64,000 nucleotides of DNA from Adineta vaga (GCA_021613535.1 CP075496.1:8928001-8992000), one strand, 5' to 3'; shown: positions 25,680 through 38,639, numbered from the stretch's first letter. Notes: generated by a model not told the origin, from the sequence alone. Made by a program: numbers and translations.

Positions 25680-26890
25680 TTATTCATTTTCATAAGTTGT
25701 TTCTCTAAACGAAAAAGATAAATTGTTGTCACGTAAATCGCAGTGAAAAACGGGTGATAGTATGACATCGATATATTGTTGAACATTATTAAGATGCTGA
25801 TCATTGGTACAGAATGTCATATGAATAGACCATACTGGATAATCTAATCTTTTTTCTATAGAATTCAAATAAAAAATGTTCCGATTTGATAATAACACTT
25901 CTTCTTCATCATGAAACGTAGTTAAACCATTCATTGTTGCAAATATTGCTCGTTCACTACTTTTGTTAACATTAATGACAAATAAAACCGATTCGAATGA
26001 TAATAAACTATGATTAAGTCTATAACCACTGTACATGAGTGCAACTTGTTCATTTGTACTATACTCGAAAAAAATGAACTGATTGAAATATAATTTCCAA
26101 TTGATTTCTTCAATCTTTCTAGTTCTAATTTCGACATTATTTGTCCTCAATAGAATTTTGTTTGTCGTCTTGTATCAATAGATAATGTTCTTAAGTAATC
26201 AATTTGACTCTTCACCAGTTGATCATGAAGATCAATGATAAAAACATCGTAAATCAACTATCGTCTCCAGATCGTTTTGTCGAAGAGCTGAGTTCAAAAT
26301 ACGAGATAGAAACGAATCTTTTCTATACCATAGTATGGCTTGATCAGATGTATAATTTTTTTCAAAATCATCAATTTTTTGTAATTCAATCGGATCATTT
26401 GCATAATAAAGACGGCATCGTTGAAGTAATTTCATATTTACTTCATCTGTATCCGGTGACATTCGACGCAGAATTTCAATTAAACGTAAAATAACAATCT
26501 CAAAATAATCATTTAATCCTGATGGTTCTTTTTCACACACAGTCAAATGTATACTTCACATATTCGGATCGATTGTTTCATTTATACAAGATTTACAAAC
26601 AGAATCAAAAGTCGAAATATTGTTCCAATGGAAAATGATATTTCAACTTTTACACGATAAACAGTCAAATTAGTAGTTTTATTCGAAGATTTTTGAAAAA
26701 TTACCATGAATAATTAAATAGATTTGTTGAATATCTTTATTTATAGATGGTACATATTGAATACAGGTCTCAATAGAATCCATTCATTCAATATGATTAA
26801 TAAATGTGTACAAAGAAGCGATACTTTGAAAATTTTCATTCGTAGACACATTATCAAGCCAAATCACTATGTGATCTTCATATGATTGTA
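25680..26890 (-). pseudogene. Degraded NAD:arginine ADP-ribosyltransferase (ART)-domain gene of the TPR-ART type; no TPR region seen
   Basis: EDHIVIWLD (about 26850-26880), AILWYRKDSFLSRILNSALRQND, SVLFVI and FHDEEEVLL (ExE motif), spread over different frames with stops. Confidence 0.7.
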
Positions 26891-27931
26891 TTATTCCATC
26901 AGTATACCATGTGTATTTCTATCCCATATAAATGAGAAGATTTTTTCTTTCAATTCACTACTAAAAATACAAATATTACAAAGAATTACTGATATGTTCA
27001 ATTTCATCTAATGCAGATTACAAATACATAATGAAATAGATTGCCTTATGATTGAAAAATGTTTGTTTATTCTATACATTAGCTCATTAGTATATAACCA
27101 TAACGGTGAAAACAAAAATATTATTATAGACACTTTTATCAAATTTGTATTATTATATAGAAATTGACTAACTATAAAAATGAAATAAAGTTCTTACTTA
27201 GTCATTTAGTGTTGGTATGACACGATTCTATTTGAAAAAGAATATTTTCAATATTAACGTTAGAATAAAAACATTTAATCCAGTATTTACTTTCATCGCG
27301 TCGAAAATCAGATTATATAATAGATATATTTTTCATCCAAAACGTATAACGACTGAAACGAACCGTTTTTCTTTCTTTTCATATAAAACGATTTCACTTC
27401 ATTGATCAATGGAACAATAGCACTTTTTGACGTTCTGTGTTATACTATTTGTGCAACATCGATAAATATAGATTGTACTTCCCTATAACTAGATTCTCCA
27501 AGACACAACTTTGTATGTCAAGACTTGAAATACTTTCTTTGATAGCGCAGTTGAATTCTCACATTTTTATTCGATTTATACTGAAAAATTAATCTGCTTC
27601 TATTATCAAAAATCGCATCTGTTTTATGTCTTATCATCACTGATATTCTTACGATGCATTTAGATTAAAGAATTAAGCCTGTAATGGATTTTAAGTACTT
27701 TATCAAATGATTTTAAATTCGAAAAAGTGAAAAGAAAAGGAAAAGCGTCAAATCAATATTATTTGTGATCGATACAAATAACACAGATATTTGGACATTA
27801 AATGGGAATTAAGCTCGTGTGACTATGCTATTTTTTCTTCTATTATTATAGTATGACGATTGCATTTTATATATAATATAGAGATACACTCATTCATTGA
27901 TACCTTTTGATTTATTTTCAACGATTTTAAA

Positions 27932-28912
27932 ATGAATAGATTCTGCGCGTGTTTATTATTATCCGTCTTGTATTATTCATTAGTAGAATCAGCACAACCT
28001 TATTTTCCTTCTCAAATTGTCTTTTCTCCTGATAACGGTGTTACAACTATTGCAGTCGATGAAATCAATCAACGCGCTTATAAATCTATCAAAATGAGTT
28101 CATATGCCAAAGAAACCACTTATGCAATGAAAAACTTTCCTTATGCTATTCCAGATTCACCTCAATCAAAATATTATGTACAATTATTGGTTGATACACC
28201 TCCCGAGGCTTGCATCTATGGAACATATTGGGAATATGGTGGAAATACATTTAATTCATTTCCATCACATTGGACAAATGGAAAATCATTTGAAATAAAA
28301 AACTATATTACATTTAATTATCCAATGATTCAATCAACAAATTCATCAGCAGATGAAGATTATTGGTATGCAAATACTACATGTCGAACAACTAGTGGAG
28401 ATATTTATCCGTGTGAAGAAATTTATTTCAAGAAAAATACAGAAATACCTCTCCGATCAACACGCGTCGCTCGTGGAGGTTGGGATATTTGGCAATTTAT
28501 TACTTACTATCAAGTTATATCGATGGAACAACCCTCCGATGAATTATTCAAAACTATACCAGAAGATTGGTCTATGAATTGCCGGGATGTCATGCTAGGA
28601 CTTTTATATTATCCTCAACTAACAAAACTCGAATTAAATCAAAGTGTTAATGTACAAGTTTGGCTTATAACTCCACCGCATCGAATCAATGGTAACGATA
28701 CTGTTTCAATTCAATGGAAAGCAGATCAATGTCCAGACTGTTTTACATGGACACCGCAACAACTGTCTTTCAATATTGGAAATTTTCAACAACGACAAAC
28801 TTTAACAATCACTCGTGTTAAAAATAGTTTAAAAACAACATTACTTCCTAGTTTTATTGGTGGAGGTTTCGATACTGTTCCAACAAATATTTATCCTATT
28901 TTCATTGAGTAA
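27932..28912 (+). CDS. Secreted protein of unknown function (possible ependymin/LolA-like N-domain plus Ig/Calx-beta-like C-domain)
   Basis: Clean 326-aa intronless ORF with signal peptide, upstream TATA-like tract and paired Cys. Fold guesses come from motif resemblance only. Confidence 0.7.
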   Translation: MNRFCACLLLSVLYYSLVESAQPYFPSQIVFSPDNGVTTIAVDEINQRAYKSIKMSSYAKETTYAMKNFPYAIPDSPQSKYYVQLLVDTPPEACIYGTYWEYGGNTFNSFPSHWTNGKSFEIKNYITFNYPMIQSTNSSADEDYWYANTTCRTTSGDIYPCEEIYFKKNTEIPLRSTRVARGGWDIWQFITYYQVISMEQPSDELFKTIPEDWSMNCRDVMLGLLYYPQLTKLELNQSVNVQVWLITPPHRINGNDTVSIQWKADQCPDCFTWTPQQLSFNIGNFQQRQTLTITRVKNSLKTTLLPSFIGGGFDTVPTNIYPIFIE

Positions 28913-29248
28913 AAATGATTTGAAAGATTCCTGTTTTTTCTTATGCGTAATATCGTACAAAATAACTCGAGTCGTCATCTAATAATGTTGCTATATAGTC
29001 TTATATTTCTACAAACTTAGGAAAAAGAATGATCTCGGAAAAGTAATTGACGTTGATAGAAATACAATCCTATAGAAATTCTACACATACCAAACGATCA
29101 ATGTCGTTCGATCGGAAAATTTGATCAATATCGATTTACTCTTAGACTGATGTTCAATATGACGGGAAGCTTGTATATGTATACTTTTTTTGAAAGGTGA
29201 GAAAAAGCAAAATCATTTCTTCATTTGATGCAATAGTAGTGAGACAAA

Positions 29249-29730
29249 ATGCAAGTCGTTCATACATCAATTATTGGCATAACACTTTTCATCGTGGGTA
29301 TTGATAAAACTCATAGTGTTGTCCTAACTATTATCATTCTATGTGTTTATTTTTATTAGTGCAAATCTGTTTTTTCGTCGAATCAAAACAATGCTATGAA
29401 TGTGTACACTGTTCAGAACCATTTGATATTGATATCACACGAAAAATAACAGTCGATGATGATAGTTATTGCTTTGTACGTCATTTATATTTATCTTTTG
29501 TTATGCATATACTGCAACTTATTTTTTTTTAGAAAAGTTACGTAAATGTCGGTAGTTTACGTACTATTCAACGTGGCAGCCTAGACAAAGTTTGCGTATC
29601 AATTCCAGATGTAACATTCTGTTGTAAAGAAGATCTTTGTAATGGAAATCAACCAATGACAACAATGTCAAGCATTATCTTGGCTTTTACTTTTGCTTGT
29701 CTTTTTGCTTATCATTCACTTTTCTTTTAA
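29249..29730 (+). CDS. Ly6/uPAR (three-finger, LU) GPI-anchored protein, 3 exons
   Basis: Introns 29298-29359 and 29476-29532 give signal peptide + QCYECVHC..YCFKS..IQRGS..VC..FCCKEDLCN + hydrophobic tail, ending TAA 29728-29730. Only partly represented in the ORF track. Confidence 0.85.
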
Positions 29731-30863
29731 TTAATAACTATATGCTACGAAAGATTTCTTTTTCCTGTTCTTCCCTATAAGTAGTTTTGATTTATTTCAA
29801 TCGCCGTAAAACATGTTAATGCGAACGGTGTCAATGAGCAAATATAACCTAAAACATGGTAAATCGCCACTAAAAACACGAAAATTCGAGTTGGATATGC
29901 AATATACGATTGAGAATAGCAGCAAATAAAATGAATTGTTTTATAAACGTTCGTATTGCCTATTAATTAAGTGCCTTTATTTTGTATGTTGCATTCCTTA
30001 CATCAGATTTTATCGAATAATATTTAAAACAGAAATGAGTATTGATTCGTTAGAAAAAAAATGTGTAAATGATGTATCGAACATCAAGACAAATTGCGAA
30101 ATAAATTGGTTTTTTTTTCAAAACATTTCATAATGAAGATAACAGTTATCATCTTTCTTTCTGTTAGGCAAATTGATTTATGTGTGTCGTCATGTAATTT
30201 GAAACTATAGAATACGTAAAGATTTCTTTTTCTTTTTAAAGACTTGCATAACACTTTGAATTTCGAAATTATGCTGTCATAAACTAAATATGAATGACAC
30301 ATATTTTTTTAATGACACGTCGATAGTAGTTGCTCAGAAATGACTCAGAAACACAGGAAGATTTTCTATAAATTGTCAAGTACAACATCACACTTTCACT
30401 GCATAAAATTTTTTTGTATCCTGTTTCTTAACGTTATATTCAACGACACTTTGAAATCAACAAAAACTATTGTCAATCATGGCAACTTGTGGACAACTTC
30501 GTAGCAGCAAACAAATCAATCAGGTAAGATTATACTTTCGAATCGAATATTTTCGAGCCCGCAAACTCCTCCAAATGCGGGTGAAATGGAGGTTGTCCAT
30601 TGTCTATGGACGTAAAAGAATCTTTGCTTTTTCTAACACTAATCATTTATTTTCAGCACATCGATTTGAAAAATTGATTGCCAATCAAGTATGTATAAAC
30701 ATCTCATTTAGAACGTAGTTTCGTATGAATGCAAAGATCATCTTGCAAGAATCTACCCATTCGTATAGTTGTTGGTTCATGCAGATTTACGTGTTTTTTT
30801 TATGAAGATTACTATAATCTCTTCGTCAACAAGATTTAGTATGGAAGTTGATTTGTTCATTTA

Positions 30864-31470
30864 GATACCCGAAGAATGTTTTAAACGCATTTTCACTGCT
30901 CTTGAAAATTGGAAAATGACTGATGTTCGCACAGTACCCGGTGTAATGTATCAAGTTCGTTGTGGTTATGATGAAATCGATCCAAGTATTGAATATCAAA
31001 TAAATTGGTTTATTGATTGTACAGAAACATTTATTCACAATCATCGACATTCCTTTGATACCTACTGTTTAGAAGGTGAATACATTGAAAAACTTTGGGA
31101 AATCATTGATAACGGTACTACTGACGGACTAGTATATCAGTATCAACGTAATGCAGATACGACATTTAATCTAAACAAGATTCTGCCTGGTTCTTTGTGT
31201 CATGTTCAGACTAGATATCATTTCCCAGGCAATAAATTGCATGTAGATACATGTCAATTTCATTCCATATCTTCTGTTGTTGGTTCTCGTGATCGAGTTT
31301 TGACATTTTTAGTGAAAAAAAACTATTTTCCAACACCAGAAATATTTGCATTGAGTATGTCACGAGGTATTGATGTACAAGATAATGAAATTCGACCAGC
31401 AACTGATTCTGAACGCTTAGCCATGTATGAAAAACTGCATCAAATATCACGAATGAAAATTCATCAATAG
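30864..31470 (+). CDS. Cupin-fold (RmlC-like) protein; upstream exons at about 30479-30690 unresolved
   Basis: FIHNHRHSFDTYCLEGEYIE (cupin motif 1) and HVDTCQFHSI..VLTFLV (motif 2); acceptor AG at about 30863. Confidence 0.7.
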
Positions 31471-31706
31471 TATTCCAACTTGAACTTAATGTTTTTTGTT
31501 TTTTATTATCTATTTTCCGATATAATCGATTTTTATTTCATGATTTGTGTAAAAATTAGATTGTAGAATATGAGGAAACGAATGACTATTATGGCAATCA
31601 ATTTCTTTATTTTCACAATATAAAAACAATCTTTTCTTTTTCATCATTTCTTTTTCTATATTCTATAACAAATAAGTAAAATTTAATTAACAAAACTGTA
31701 CACATA

Positions 31707-33379
31707 TTAAAACTCTTTTTTACTAATGATTGCATTTGGAAATGTTTTTTCTGTTTCATCTTCATTACAATTATCATAATGTCGAAAAATATGTAAATGA
31801 GATATTCGTTTACATATAGAAACTAATCGTTCATCTTCATAAACATAACCATTAATAACATGAATAGTTGAACCATCCACAACTAAACGTCGAAGATTTG
31901 GTGTTAATAGAAAAAAATCAACATATTCTAAATCATCAGTTGCACCATAATATTTCAATGTATGAATCGTTTCTAATTTAATTCGATTTTTTCCATAGAC
32001 AACTCGTTCATCAATTGTACATGTATGCCATGAAATAATCATTTTTCTCAAATTAATAAATATTTTCTTAATAAATTTCAAAAACTCCAAACTAATATCT
32101 GTTCCTGCAAGATAAATTGATTTAATCTCAGGCATTTCTAATGGTACTGATGTGTTATTAATACGATAATTCATTATTTCATTTGTTAATGAATCAGATT
32201 CTGACCATATCCATGGAAGAGATAATATAGTATAACAAGGAATACTTCGATCATGATAACACATTATCGATTGTGTGGACCAATATGATGTTGAACGAAA
32301 TGTTGAGATTAATTTATCCAAATCTAGATTTGAAGGAAAAAAATCTGTTACTGAAATCATCTTCAGAGGACTGTAAATAATATCCTACCTTTATTGATAT
32401 TGACATTTTCCTTATGATCAACTTGAAAAATAAATTTGAATTGTTTAAGTTTGGACATTTTTGTAATAATTGTTGATTCAAGAATTTCACCATCGAGTTT
32501 ATCACGAATCGACATATTCAATGTTAACAATTCAATACATTGTTGAAACGGTTGTAAGAATAATAGGAGACGAGGATATGTAAAATCCATTGCATTCATG
32601 ATCACTTCTTTTAAAAATGGTGATAAAGTTGCTGTTTTATTTAAAATATTATTATAATTATAAACATCTTTCTCTTCGACTTCACAAACATCAACATTTA
32701 AATATTCTAATACGGATAAATTTTCTATTAGAATGAACAAATCATGTATATAATGTAATTTAATAGTTAAATATTTTAAATATCGATTGATTTTTAATAT
32801 ATTTGGTGCAAATGAAAACCACATGTTAGAAAATTCATCTTTACTATTTAATGATAATTGTGAAATGTAGGAATCATCCTGTAATAACGATAATGCAACA
32901 TTGAGATGAACAGTTTCTTCATCGTCAGAACTGACATTTAACGTTATAGAAGATAATTTTCGTCGAAAGATATTCAAATATGATAAACATAGTTGGTTAT
33001 CATCGATGAATTTATAATTCCATACAATACTTTGAAGAGAACGATATTGATTAGTAATTGTTGATGGTTTTGGAAATAATGTTTGTAATTGAGAATGATT
33101 GAAGATAACTTTTGTTACGAATAGTTGAACAGAAGTAAAGTATTTATTTAACCATGCTTTTCGTTTTGATGTGACATTGATATTATGAATAAATCGATAG
33201 ATAAGAGAATTGAAACGAGCATTTAAATTATTGAATGATTGAACTATCTCACATGATGAAAGATAGATTAGGAACATATCGATTAGTTCATTTGGTAATG
33301 TCATTAAATTCGATTTTGTCATTTTCACATAACCATTTGATTGAATTTTAGATGCTGTATGATTGTCTTCCTGTTCCAT
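31707..33379 (-). CDS. F-box / LRR-like protein
   Basis: LMTLPNELIDMFLIYL F-box start and LxxLxL repeats; intron 32324-32388 joins the two ORFs in frame. Confidence 0.85.
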
Positions 33380-33713
33380 TTGATTAATAATGTACTGAAA
33401 AGACTAAAACGAACAAACCATCATTTAAACAAAATGTCTACGTAGAGAGAGGATATAGTACGTGTTCGAATGTATCTGTTTAATTTGTTCGTTTATACAG
33501 ATATATAAATTTTTAAAAATAATGACAAACGGTACTTGATGGATGAATCAGTAAATTCAAAAGAGCACTATGAAGGAGCAACTATTTTAATGATATGAAA
33601 ATGCTATACTTCAAAGGTAGAATTCATTGTTTAACTCGTATATTTAATACAATTAGGACTTGAAAACAGATGTTCAAAAGAGGACGCCACTATTCGACAT
33701 GACTATATGTATT

Positions 33714-34388
33714 TTATTTTAGAAATATCAGAATCAAAAGTGTAACAAGAAATAAAGTCGAAATAGTGACTTGTATAGGAGTGGCAGATGTGTGAGTTGT
33801 AGTTGTTTTTATAAGAGTATCACACCAATCGACGATAATATCATCAAATGCTAACGCTACTCTTACTGGCGTTCTTTGATTTACTGTAAAATAGAGTGAA
33901 ATAGAACAGTTTCCTTCATGCAACGGTATTGTTATTGTTTGCCATCCCTTACTATCATCTTGTTCAACAAAAAACAACGATGACGCATAGCATCCTCCTG
34001 TTGATACATCAAGCCAAGTACCATTATCGGTACCTGTAGATTTTATGTAATATGTGAACTGTACACACATGTTTGTACCATCAATTTGATGAAATTTTGG
34101 TGTATGTATACGTCCATTATATTCTTCAGCATGTGGAGAATCATCAGGACGAGACCAGTAGAAGAATGAACGACCAATAAAAGGACCGAGATCAGAATAA
34201 GTAACAGTTTGTGGTGATCGAATTGTAAAATTGATTGGAGGTGGTTGAGGATCAACAGGACTACCGTTTTCTATACCACAAGTTGAATTCGATTCAAAAT
34301 CGCAAAAGAAAACATGTGGTTCTCCCGGAGACAAGTTCAATAGAAAACAACATGTAATAAAGATTTGCTTAGCAGATGAATACATCAT
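33714..34388 (-). CDS. MAM-domain protein, secreted, probably GPI-anchored
   Basis: Signal peptide, CDFES..CG, CVQFTYY, GWQTITIPL, LAFDDIIV..C, Thr-rich linker and hydrophobic tail. Confidence 0.88.
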   Translation of the reverse strand: MMYSSAKQIFITCCFLLNLSPGEPHVFFCDFESNSTCGIENGSPVDPQPPPINFTIRSPQTVTYSDLGPFIGRSFFYWSRPDDSPHAEEYNGRIHTPKFHQIDGTNMCVQFTYYIKSTGTDNGTWLDVSTGGCYASSLFFVEQDDSKGWQTITIPLHEGNCSISLYFTVNQRTPVRVALAFDDIIVDWCDTLIKTTTTHTSATPIQVTISTLFLVTLLILIFLK

Positions 34389-34695
34389 ATAATGTTAAAA
34401 GAATAGATAAAATAAGATAAGAACTTCTCTTACATATATTATACTGAAGGTTGCCTACTACATGTAAATTATATTCGTTTATCGATTTTTTTTATTTGCT
34501 TACAGTTACAAATAAAACAAACGAGCGGCATTATGTGATAAATAATTATGCTTGCGAATAATTTGATTTTGTTTCGAAAGACATAATTACATGCATTTTT
34601 CAGTCATCGGAACATGAATACGAATGAATAATCGAGATCAGTCATAATTTATTCTTAAGTTTGCAAAATATGATATAAATATTATTCACACGTAG

Positions 34696-35348
34696 ACACG
34701 AATCAACGGTGTAACTGTCCGTAGAATAACATCTTCGCATCGTTCTGAACAGATACAAAGACCATACGTACTTCCATGTTTTGAAAATGTTTGACTCTCA
34801 TAAATCTCATCGTCATCGACGCTGTCGTTGCATATCATGTTGTGTTTATTCACCATGTTGTTATATTGTCTAGCAATTTGTTTGAGTATATTTCTACTTC
34901 TTGCTGCATTAGCTGCACTACTCGTCGCGCTTCTTACTAAGCAGACAATAACAACGACGAATTCTAGTAAGATGTTTTTATTTGATTCCATTTATAAATC
35001 TCATTGAATTTGTATTTAGCTTCGACAACTAGTACTACTTCGGAAACCAGTATATATTTTGCATCTGTTTTATTAATATTATTGTTACCTCGTGCATGAT
35101 AGCATCCTCATCAACCAGTACAACATCAGTCACTACGACAACGACAATCAGTAGGTTTTTCTTTTCTTAAACGATCTTATACAGTATACTTTCTTTTCCT
35201 CTTCATTGAAGCAACAACTAGTGTAACAACGACTACCACGACAGGTGAATTTGATTCAAAATTTAGTGTTTTGTTTATTGCAGATATCTCTAACAAAATA
35301 TAATAAAAAATAAAGCAAAAAATTATATACGTTCAATAAGTTCTTAAG
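34696..35348 (+). pseudogene. Cys-rich/TM/Thr-rich mucin-stalk gene built from phase-1 microexons; frame-disrupted 5' part, no ectodomain
   Basis: TM LAICLSIFLLLAALAALLVALL followed by exons 35020-35049, 35103-35150 and 35212-35244, each bounded by AG/GT and encoding Ser/Thr runs. The upstream RRCRCISCCVYSPCC is in another frame. Confidence 0.6.
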
Positions 35349-35408
35349 TTTTCTAAGTTAAGTTATTGTCATCAAGATCTTTTCATATTTGAGGTTAAAT
35401 ACACCAAA

Positions 35409-37545
35409 TTAAAACATTGATACAGTAATATATCTACGTATTTGATTTAAAAATCTTACATAAATCGAAATGGGTAATACTTGATGAAATCGTTTCTCTA
35501 ATTCTTGATTAAAGCGATCGAACATCATCCAATAACCTTGTTCTGATTGACATTTATCTACTAATTGGTAAAGTTCTTCACCATTCATGTGTTCCGTCAA
35601 TAAGACCATAATATCTAATTTATTATCATAAAGAAAATGTTGAACATGTTGATCCGTCCATGATTCGATGGGTATTGTTTTATAATCATTAGATGTGCTA
35701 GTCATACGAACCTCGGATTCTGGTGAAGTAAAGAAAGCTGCTAATGTTTCCTGTTGACTTTCATTAGTTACTGTTTCCATCACTTTTTCAAATTCTTCTT
35801 CTATTGAATTTATACTTGATCTATTCTCACAAATCGATCCGAGCCAACCATCAAGTCTAGTTTGTTTGAGAAGAAATGGAATCAGTTGTTTCTTTCGATC
35901 GTGAGCATATTCTGCTTGTAGTCGACAATTTGGATTAGTTTTATATGTTTCAGATATGCATAGAAGGATACATCGAGAATTTCGAATTGCTTGACAAATT
36001 GAACTTGTCGATATGAGATAATCATCAAACGAAATTCTATAATGAAAATGATCTTTTATATAATTGTAGACTTTCAATGCAGCTGATTTATCATCATCTT
36101 CATTATAACTAATCATTAAATCAAAAAGATTGTTTTCTTGTTCATTTTGAACATCATCCTTTTGTTCTAATTTCCATAATAAACCATCGATTATCTTCTT
36201 CATACTATCATGTATATCCATATCACGAATCAATGAAAGAGATTCGATTAGATTTTGTAATTTTTCTTTTGCTTCTTGATTAAATGATATTAGATACAGA
36301 CATTCCAATGCAACAAATGCCATATCTTTCAATAGATTCTTTAGACCATTTTTGACATTAGTTTTCATCTCACTAACCACTTGAGATTGATCTGGATCGG
36401 ATTCATCTTCTGGTGTTAAATCCATGAGTGATTTCGATAATTCACTGAAAATATTATTTTCTTCTGATTCAATTTCTGTCGATAAAAATAATGGATCAAT
36501 CAATGCAATTAACAAATTAAAATCATCATTTTTGAGAAAAATAGCTTTCATTTGATCATATTGTAAACATCCTATTAGAAAATATTTTATAATGTTTATA
36601 CTTTGCTATCTACATACCTTTTAGAGCAATTAATAGATCAATATCATATACTCCATTATTACTAAATGACGAGATATTACCATTTAAATAATTGATTTTC
36701 TTGATATGATCTACTAAAACAGGAAGAATATCTTTGAAATCTTGTATCTCATTTTCGTTGATGACTAAAGCTAAAATGATATAAAGAGAAAGTTTTATTG
36801 GATGTTGATCATCAACTAATCGAATTGATTGACATAAATTATTTGTAATATATAAATCATGTTTAATCATTGTAAAACAATTTCCATCTGTTTTAATAAA
36901 CATAAGCAGAAGTTTCAAAAGAATCCACGAGATATATGTTGATGTTATTTCTTGTGTATTTGAATAAGTATTTGCATCCCATCGTAGATCAATTGTAGAA
37001 TAATTATCATTTTGTAAATTTTGAAGAAAATTTTCATTAATTAATAATGGTAAAAGGATTTTTATGATTGATAAATATTCATTTTTTTGATTTAAATTAC
37101 GAAATTGTAATTCTTGTTTCATAAAATTCTCCGCAAGACTTTCAATTGTTATTTGCATTCGAATTAAATTTGATAAAATATATTTAATTGCATTGAATGA
37201 CAAATTTTCTATGAATTCATTTAATAAGACTTCATAAATCGGTAACCAAAAATGACATAAAATATCTCGATGTTTACCATCATAATATCCAATATCCATG
37301 GCTGCATTAAAACCAATAAATAAAAACCATTGATAATTTTCCTCTAATGATGACGTTGAATCTAATTGATGAATAGCTTGTGTAAAATGTTCAACGGCAT
37401 CAGGTGAAATATAATAATCAAAAATAAGATTATAAAGATCATCATCATGATCTCCTATTTGATTATCTTTCGTACAAGATAATGTAAATTTATCAATAAG
37501 TGAAGTTAATAACGACATCAACGTGATAGAATAGTTTATCTTCAA
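35409..37545 (-). CDS. Helical-repeat (ARM-like)-TIR-SAM-like protein
   Basis: Intron 36572-36617 joins the ORFs; TIR motifs FDLMISY, AIRNSRCILLCISETY..NPNCRLQAEYA, LIPF and LDGWLG; C-terminal IESWTDQHVQHFL..MNGEEL is SAM-like. Confidence 0.85.
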
Positions 37546-37840
37546 ATCGATAGATTTATTTTTGTCTTACCGTATTGTATGAAAGAACAATCATATAGTT
37601 AACTGTATAGTTTGTTTAAGCTTTGCACGCATGAGTAACGAGCACGTTGTATATGAGAAAAGCATAACAAAAAAACAGAAATTTGTAATCAACGAATTTT
37701 TTATATATTTGTTTGTTAATTATATGTTCTAGATTATAGTGTATTTTATTATAATACAAACTTTGGGCTAACAAACAGATTCGATATGAGACTAATTGCT
37801 AAAATAAGAGAAATAATAATAATAGAACTAAAGACATTAT

Positions 37841-38407
37841 TTATAATCGAAATATTTGTAAAAACCAACAGATTGTTCCTATGAATAACAACATATAAGA
37901 ATTATTCGTTGTCGCTTGATTTACTTCATCTTTTACTCCATTTATTTGACCACTGATAAACTCTTTCGATCCATTAATATTCTTTAAAGCTCTCATTGTT
38001 TTCACAATTTCATCAGTAGTTCGATTTAGATGATTTAATTTTTCATTATTAAATTTTCCATATCGATAAATTCTTAATGTTGGATATTGATTTACATTGT
38101 AGTGTTCTGAACATTGTGCTTCAGCTTCATTAGTACAATCATACTTTGCCAGATATATGGGAGTATTGGTATGCTTAGACAACTTCGTTGCTGCTTGCTC
38201 ATAATCGGGATGTATTCGACGACAATGAGAACACCATTTGACATAGAACATAATTAATAATACATCATGTTCTTTAGTTTTAGAATTAAAATTTCGATCG
38301 TTAAGAACGATAACATCACCATTTTCTTTCCATGATGAAGACCAAAAGCCATTTAGAAGTAAAGGAAATAGTACGATTAAGAGTATGATATGATATTTAG
38401 CGTACAT
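37841..38407 (-). CDS. Single-domain PDI/thioredoxin-like protein, secreted or membrane-tethered
   Basis: Signal peptide, VIVLNDRNF, FYVKWCSHC (CxxC), YPTL, hydrophobic C-terminus. Confidence 0.9.
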   Translation of the reverse strand: MYAKYHIILLIVLFPLLLNGFWSSSWKENGDVIVLNDRNFNSKTKEHDVLLIMFYVKWCSHCRRIHPDYEQAATKLSKHTNTPIYLAKYDCTNEAEAQCSEHYNVNQYPTLRIYRYGKFNNEKLNHLNRTTDEIVKTMRALKNINGSKEFISGQINGVKDEVNQATTNNSYMLLFIGTICWFLQIFRL

Positions 38408-38639
38408 GTTAGAAGAACAAATTAGTATGCTGTTATCTATTGCTTTAAATATCGTTTATATATATCTGCGTATATTTTCTCTGGAGACAGAGACAGAGAG
38501 GAAAAAGTAAGAAGAGAAGAAAGAACGGAAATATTTCCTCTATCCATACGAGACCGATAACGTATTATTTGTACTTAATATAAGAATTGATCTCGTAATT
38601 TAAGTACGACATATAGTCTAAAAATACATTTTAGTTAAG

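Noticed and set aside
32314-32505. Apparent frameshift between the two F-box ORFs
   Set aside because: A 65-bp GT..AG intron (32324-32388) restores the frame.
34686-34991. 101-aa minus-strand ORF resembling a secreted peptide
   Set aside because: It is antisense to a better-supported plus-strand TM and microexon structure; no family motif.
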